Shown here: positions 61,887 to 64,000 of the stretch, piece after piece | Layout: each line of letters starts with the position of its first letter | How positions within the stretch are numbered: position 1 is the first letter of the stretch | Assembly: GCA_947624445.1 (NCBI GenBank) | Contig: CANQKF010000007.1 | Span: forward strand, 1,782 to 65,781 | Origin: an uncultured Clostridia bacterium | GTDB lineage: Bacteria > Bacillota > Clostridia > Christensenellales > Borkfalkiaceae | Reading direction: 5' to 3' | Length of the DNA stretch: 64,000 nucleotides | Notes under the pieces: generated by a model | Seen by the model: only the letters and a program-made list of their open reading frames with translations | What the model was told of the DNA's origin: nothing | Databases searched by the model: none | Position numbers and translations under genes: made by a program

Positions 61887-62221
61887 GTTCACGGAAATTT
61901 CTTGTGCCGAGAAATTTCCGTGAGGGGTTAAATTACTACATCCCCCGACTATTTCGGCCGCGAACCGCTTTGATCTCAAAGGCAAGAAGCGCATGAATGC
62001 GCAAATGAGGTCGCGCAGCGCAAAAGCGTGGTTTTGCTCGCGCAAGGGAGTTTGAGAGTTCACGAAATTTCTTGTGCCGAGAAATTTCCGTGAGGGGTTA
62101 AATTACTACATCCCCCGACTATTTCGGCCGCCAACCGTTTTGTCCTCAAAGGCAAGAAGCGCGCGGCGCAAATGGGGCGAAAAACCCAAAAGTGTGATTT
62201 TGGGTTTTTCAGAGATTTGGA
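61887..62221 (+). repeat. Tandem duplication of a 171-bp hairpin-rich unit
   Basis: Units start at 61887 and 62058. Both begin with the hairpin CACG(G)AAATTTCT-tgtgccg-AGAAATTTCCGTG, continue with GGGGTTAAATTACTACATCCCCCGACTATTTCGGCCGC, and end in a second hairpin. Confidence 0.9.
62181..62210 (+). terminator. Intrinsic terminator (terminal hairpin of the second tandem unit)
   Basis: AAAACCCAAAA-gtgtga-TTTTGGGTTTT followed by TC. Confidence 0.7.
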
Positions 62222-62233
62222 ATGCGGGTCCCG

Positions 62234-62440
62234 TGTCATCCTGAGCGCAGCGCCCCGCGCGTAGCTTCTATTTGTACACAAAGCTCGGCACGAGCACGAA
62301 GTGCGAAGTAAGGGATCCCGAGGTACGAAGTCCGCTTTCCAACATCGACCAAGGGGATTCTTCGGGGGCTGCGCCCCCTCTGAATGACAAGTAAAACAGG
62401 CCCCCCTCTGAATGACATTGCAGTTCGCCCTTACGAAGCC
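62234..62440 (-). repeat. Mosaic intergenic repeat cluster R5 (inverted orientation)
   Basis: Contains reverse complements of three modules: the CTACTTCGC...GCGCTCGGGG core (62255..62310), GGACTTCGTACCTCGGG, and TCATTCAGAGGGGGCGCAGCCCCCGAAGAATCCC. Also has a partial second copy and an inverted GCGAACTGCA. Confidence 0.9.
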
Positions 62441-62459
62441 CAAACATAGAGGAAAAGAT

Positions 62460-63047
62460 ATGAAGATCGCTGTTGACATCGATGATACCTTGAATATTCT
62501 CGACCGCGTCGGGCGGGCGGGGGCGTATATCGAGCGCAACCACCTGCCGTTCCGGCTCGTCAACGACCATTCCTGCGCCTTTGTCGATACATACGATTGG
62601 ACCTACGACGACGTGCTGAAATTCATCCACGACGGCGGGATCGTCACCTTTACGGACGCCGAGGCGCGCAAGTGGGCGCGCGAAGTGCTCACGGGCTGGA
62701 GGGCGGCGGGGCACGAGGTCATCGTGCTCACCGCGCGGCGGGAGGATTGGTTCGTCAACCCCGAGAAGGTCTCGCGGGATTGGCTGGAAAAGCGCCGCAT
62801 CCCCTACGACGCGCTCGTCGCCGACGTCCCCTTCGGCGAGAAGGGCAAATACTGCGCCGAGCACGGCATCTCCATCCTCGTGGACGACAGCGTTGAAGCG
62901 TGCCTGAACGCGCAGGAATACGGCGTGCGCGCCGTCCTCGCCGTGGGCAGGCACAACATCGACCGCGCGGGCGAGGTCCGCTACGGCGGCGCAAATTGGC
63001 GCCAGATCGACTACGCCGTCCGCCACATCCTCTCGCTGATCTCCTGA
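62460..63047 (+). CDS. HAD-superfamily 5'(3')-deoxyribonucleotidase-like protein
   Basis: ATG 62460 follows [23 protein letters not shown] carries the DxDxT motif; size and pattern fit the NT5C-like family. Confidence 0.7.
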   Translation: MKIAVDIDDTLNILDRVGRAGAYIERNHLPFRLVNDHSCAFVDTYDWTYDDVLKFIHDGGIVTFTDAEARKWAREVLTGWRAAGHEVIVLTARREDWFVNPEKVSRDWLEKRRIPYDALVADVPFGEKGKYCAEHGISILVDDSVEACLNAQEYGVRAVLAVGRHNIDRAGEVRYGGANWRQIDYAVRHILSLIS

Positions 63048-63075
63048 AATGTCGGGGGACGCTGTGTTTTTTCCG

Positions 63076-63092
63076 CCGAACTGCAGATAAGA
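63076..63092 (+). repeat. Isolated fragment of repeat module A (R6)
   Basis: CCGAACTGCAGATAAG matches the GCGAACTGC(G/A)GATAAGCGG module. It lies 6 nt before the uvrA start. Confidence 0.6.
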
Positions 63093-63097
63093 GCAAG

Positions 63098-64000
63098 ATG
63101 AAAGACTACATTTACGTAAAGGGTGCAAAGGAAAACAACCTGAAGAATATCGACGTCAAGATCCCGCGGAACAGCCTCACCGTGTTCACGGGGCTTTCGG
63201 GCAGCGGAAAATCCACGCTCGCCTTCGATACCATCTTCGCCGAGGGCCAGCGCCGCTACATGGAGAGCCTCTCTTCCTACGCCCGTCAATTCCTCGGCAT
63301 GATGGAGAAGCCCGACGTCGAGTCCATCGACGGGCTCTCCCCCGCCATCTCCATCGACCAAAAGACGACCTCGCACAACCCCCGCTCGACGGTGGGGACC
63401 GTCACCGAGATCTACGACTATCTCCGCCTCCTGTTTGCGCGGGCGGGCACGCCGCACTGCCCCAACTGCGGCAGGGAGATCAAGCGGCAGACGGTGGACG
63501 AGATCGCCGACCGCGTGATGGAGCTCCCCGCGGGGAGCAAACTGCTCATCGGGGCGCCCGTCGTCCGCGGCAAGAAGGGGGAATACAAGAAGGAGCTCGC
63601 GGGCTACCGCAAGAGCGGCTTCGCGCGGGTGAAGATCGACGGCATCCTCTATGATCTGCAAGAGGAGATCGCCCTCGAGAAGAACATCAAGCACAACATT
63701 TCGGTCATCGTCGACCGCATCGTCGTGAAAGAGGGGGTCTTGAAGCGGCTCACCGAGTCGCTCGAGACGGCGCTGAAGCTCGCCGACGGGCTCGTCACGG
63801 CGGAATACGACGACAAGGAGATCCTCTTCTCCTCGCGCTATGCCTGCCCCGACTGCGGCATCTCCATCGAGGAGATCGAGCCGCGGCTCTTCTCCTTCAA
63901 TACGGTCTGGGGCGCCTGCCCGACCTGCTCGGGGCTGGGCTTCACGCAGAAGGTCGATCCCGACCTCATCTGCCCCGACCGCACCAAGACGCTCCGCGAG
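63098..64000 (+). CDS. uvrA: Excinuclease ABC subunit A, N-terminal 301 codons (continues past the window end)
   Basis: My own translation gives [65 protein letters not shown]... It is absent from the ORF track because it is open-ended. Confidence 0.95.
   Translation, partial: MKDYIYVKGAKENNLKNIDVKIPRNSLTVFTGLSGSGKSTLAFDTIFAEGQRRYMESLSSYARQFLGMMEKPDVESIDGLSPAISIDQKTTSHNPRSTVGTVTEIYDYLRLLFARAGTPHCPNCGREIKRQTVDEIADRVMELPAGSKLLIGAPVVRGKKGEYKKELAGYRKSGFARVKIDGILYDLQEEIALEKNIKHNISVIVDRIVVKEGVLKRLTESLETALKLADGLVTAEYDDKEILFSSRYACPDCGISIEEIEPRLFSFNTVWGACPTCSGLGFTQKVDPDLICPDRTKTLRE

Noticed and set aside
59502-62063. 853-aa minus-strand ORF
   Set aside because: It is antisense to uvrB and extends into the tandem repeat. 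uvrB on the plus strand is unambiguous.
29591-63092. Possibility that the recurring modules form a CRISPR array
   Set aside because: There is no regular repeat-spacer periodicity, the modules differ from each other, the copies are kilobases apart, and no cas genes are present.

Overview
High-G+C (about two thirds G+C in hand-counted lines) Firmicutes/Clostridia-like chromosomal segment covering the replication-origin neighbourhood. No rRNA, tRNA, CRISPR array, transposase or integrase was found.

Left of about 26 kb, genes are almost all on the minus strand:
- Two tandem paralogous lipoproteins of unknown function.
- A glycan-utilisation cluster: two GH43 enzymes, two ABC permeases and a 966-aa solute-binding lipoprotein.
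- A DUF2156-GNAT fusion.
- parB-parA-ftsH with a consensus parS cluster, then cvpA.
- A short plus-strand block: yyaC, a small ORF and a lipoprotein hydrolase.
- A low-G+C orphan membrane gene.
- jag-yidC-yidD-rnpA-rpmH-dnaN.

A 400-bp gap (25742..26142) carries an A/T tract, TAA trinucleotide repeats and at least nine DnaA-box-like 9-mers. Gene orientation flips there, so I call it the candidate oriC. dnaA, mnmE and mnmG are absent from the window, and dnaN is co-directional with rpmH, which is not the usual arrangement.

Right of it, genes are mostly on the plus strand:
- rsmG, a SLOG/YpsA-like protein and two hypotheticals, then GTP-type PEP carboxykinase.
- Three small XRE regulators, each next to a membrane-protein gene; also lgt and a DeoR regulator.
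- cysE-cysS, a short alaS, maa-like acetyltransferase and rplM-rpsI with a structured leader.
- Hydrolases, a large doubly anchored surface protein and an acidic zinc-ribbon protein.
- comFC, a NodB deacetylase, a two-OB SSB-like protein and an isochorismatase.
- A decayed GNAT pseudogene, glyQS, a PAP2 phosphatase and glnS.
- A CvpA-like membrane protein with two small winged-helix/TM paralogs, then uvrB, a HAD nucleotidase and the start of uvrA.

The most unusual non-genic signal is a family of modular, hairpin-rich intergenic repeats. Shared 15-60-bp modules appear in shuffled order at six loci (29.6, 36.5, 44.1, 49.7, 62.3 and 63.1 kb). A tandem 171-bp structured duplication lies just after uvrB.

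Many long ORFs in the supplied track are antisense artefacts of the high G+C content and were rejected.
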